Shown here piece by piece: positions 62,518 through 64,000 of a DNA stretch of 64,000 bases. The notes beneath the pieces are model-generated. The model was not told the DNA's origin, searched no databases, and saw only the letters and a list, made by a program, of their open reading frames with translations. This DNA is from Patellaria atrata CBS 101060 (lineage: Eukaryota). How positions within the stretch are numbered: position 1 is the first letter of the stretch; every line of letters starts with the position of its first letter. The DNA is taken from contig MU006092.1 in assembly GCA_010093705.1 (NCBI GenBank), positions 6,623 to 70,622 of the forward strand. The letters run 5' to 3'. The position numbers were made by a program, and so were the translations under genes.

Positions 62518-63784
62518 ATGTCTCTTCCAAGCTCGAGTGTAGCACCTTCCGATTCTCAGCAATATGCTACCACACACTCCGCGGGAGATGAAGGCGTAGA
62601 AAAGGCGGCTTCCTTTAGTCGTTCAACATCCACCATTGCTTTCTACTGTGCGAAGATGCCAAACTCCTCCATAAACAGTATTTGTGGAGCACTGGCCGGC
62701 GTTGCTTCTGGTATCGTCACATGTCCTCTCGACGTTATAAAAACGAAATTGCAAGCGCAAGGAGCTTTCAGAATACAGGGACGAAGAACGATACCACGGT
62801 CAAGTCAGGTATATCAGGGGATGATTGGCACAGCGCGAGTGATATGGACAGAGGATGGCTTTCGCGGACTGTATCGAGGGCTTAGCCCTATGCTTCTTGG
62901 ATATCTTCCCACTTGGGCCGTGTATATGACCGTTTACGAGAGCTCTAAGGACTATTACTATACTAAGCTAGGTATGTATTGGTCTCCCTACTAATTATCC
63001 ACTCCTAACAATACATCCAGAAAGTAAGTGGCATGCTCGAATATACGCATCCATCACCGCTGGTGCATGCTCTACATTAGCCACAAACCCTATATGGGTC
63101 ATAAAAACGAGACTTATGTCTCAAGTAAGTTCTAGAGCATCAAAGCAAGCCAGAACACCCTGGCACTATAAGTCGACCCTCGACGCCGCTCGCAAGATGT
63201 ACCGCGCTGAAGGTATCGGCGCGTTTTATTCTGGCCTGACACCAGCTCTCCTCGGTTTAACACATGTTGCAATTCAGTTTCCGTTGTATGAATTCCTCAA
63301 GCAGAATTTCACTGGCCTCGAAATGGGCGAGAATACCCCTTCCGATAAAGATGTGCACTGGGCGGGAATTCTTGCTGCGACTTTTCTGAGTAAAATATGC
63401 GCTACATCCGCAACATATCCGCACGAGGTTCTTCGGACCCGATTACAGACCCAACAGCGATCCCAACCATCACACTCCCCAGAAGGCATTACTTTCAGAG
63501 GTGGCGCAGAGCCAGGTAATAGACAGAGATCATCTCTTGGCGCTTCTTCCGACGGGATGCTCAATCTACCTCGATATCGCGGGGTCCTACGTACCTTCAA
63601 GGTGATTCTTCAGGAAGAGGGTTGGAGAGCCTTCTATAACGGTATGGGTACAAACATGATCCGTGCTGTGCCTGCCGCAATGACGACAATGCTCACTTTC
63701 GAGACCCTTAAGAGCGCAATGTACTCACTTCGGGAGGAAGGGAAGAAACAAATAGAGGACGACGATTCAATGAAGCATGAATAG
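62518..63784 (+). CDS. Mitochondrial carrier, NAD+ transporter (Ndt1/Yia6-like), 2 exons
   Basis: Three carrier signatures PLDVIKTK, NPIWVIKTR and YPHEVLRTR; LGYLPTWAVY. Substrate is inferred from the W-containing second motif (NAD/FAD/folate group). Confidence 0.85.
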
Positions 63785-64000
63785 CTGACTTTTTCCAACT
63801 GATTCAAATTCTCTTAGCACCTTTGAAGATTTTCTCTCCGTTGCGTCATCTGGCGTTGGAACTACAGCATTATTAGTTCCGAGGATTCTGGAACTTCGTC
63901 TTCTTGAAGGCTATTTTTCAAGTCCTTTTTTAGCATTATTGCGCGGTCCCGGGATTAAGGTAGTACGGTGTTATTGGTGTATGCGAGATATTGGTTCATT

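Noticed and set aside
7215..63600. Long antisense ORFs (e.g. 32579-33049, 38158-38679, 49216-49851, 59655-60221)
   Set aside because: They are shadows of real genes on the opposite strand, low-complexity and without motifs.
1..64000. tRNA, rRNA, snRNA genes or CRISPR arrays
   Set aside because: None recognised by eye. A tRNAscan-SE/Infernal run would be needed to exclude them formally.

Overview
This is eukaryotic DNA from a filamentous ascomycete (Pezizomycotina-type genes, short GT-AG introns, repeat-induced point mutation, RIP). Bases 1-4844 are a decayed Ty3/gypsy LTR-retrotransposon complex. It comprises the end of a divergent, unmutated LTR (1-124), a ~2.25-kb block RIPed to ~99% AT, a lightly RIPed gag region, and a full LTR (4371-4844) whose primer-binding site looks Tf1-type self-priming. 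The rest is gene-dense euchromatin: TatD, RSM25, a PPR protein, MLH3, a Ser-rich protein, SepH/Cdc15 kinase, an SDR, ICE2, MYG1, endosulfine, SFM1, SWC4, an ATF-like bZIP, a conserved hypothetical protein, PTAR1/ECM9-like, GET1, MED5, a bHLH-ZIP, ECM33, MAG1, QCR7 and an NDT1-like carrier. I cannot demonstrate a wholly new multi-gene system. The best leads are: a Cys-rich secreted-protein gene interrupted only by RIP-type stops (42.5-43.3 kb); a gene with a stop-containing weak intron plus an in-frame stopless intron (40.6-42.1 kb); the self-priming element; a dual-start MYG1; a recurrent intergenic TAAGGTA/TACAGTA motif; and an unexplained transcript-like segment at 57.2-58.2 kb. All gene calls come from motif recognition and manual splicing, not database searches, so exon boundaries are approximate.
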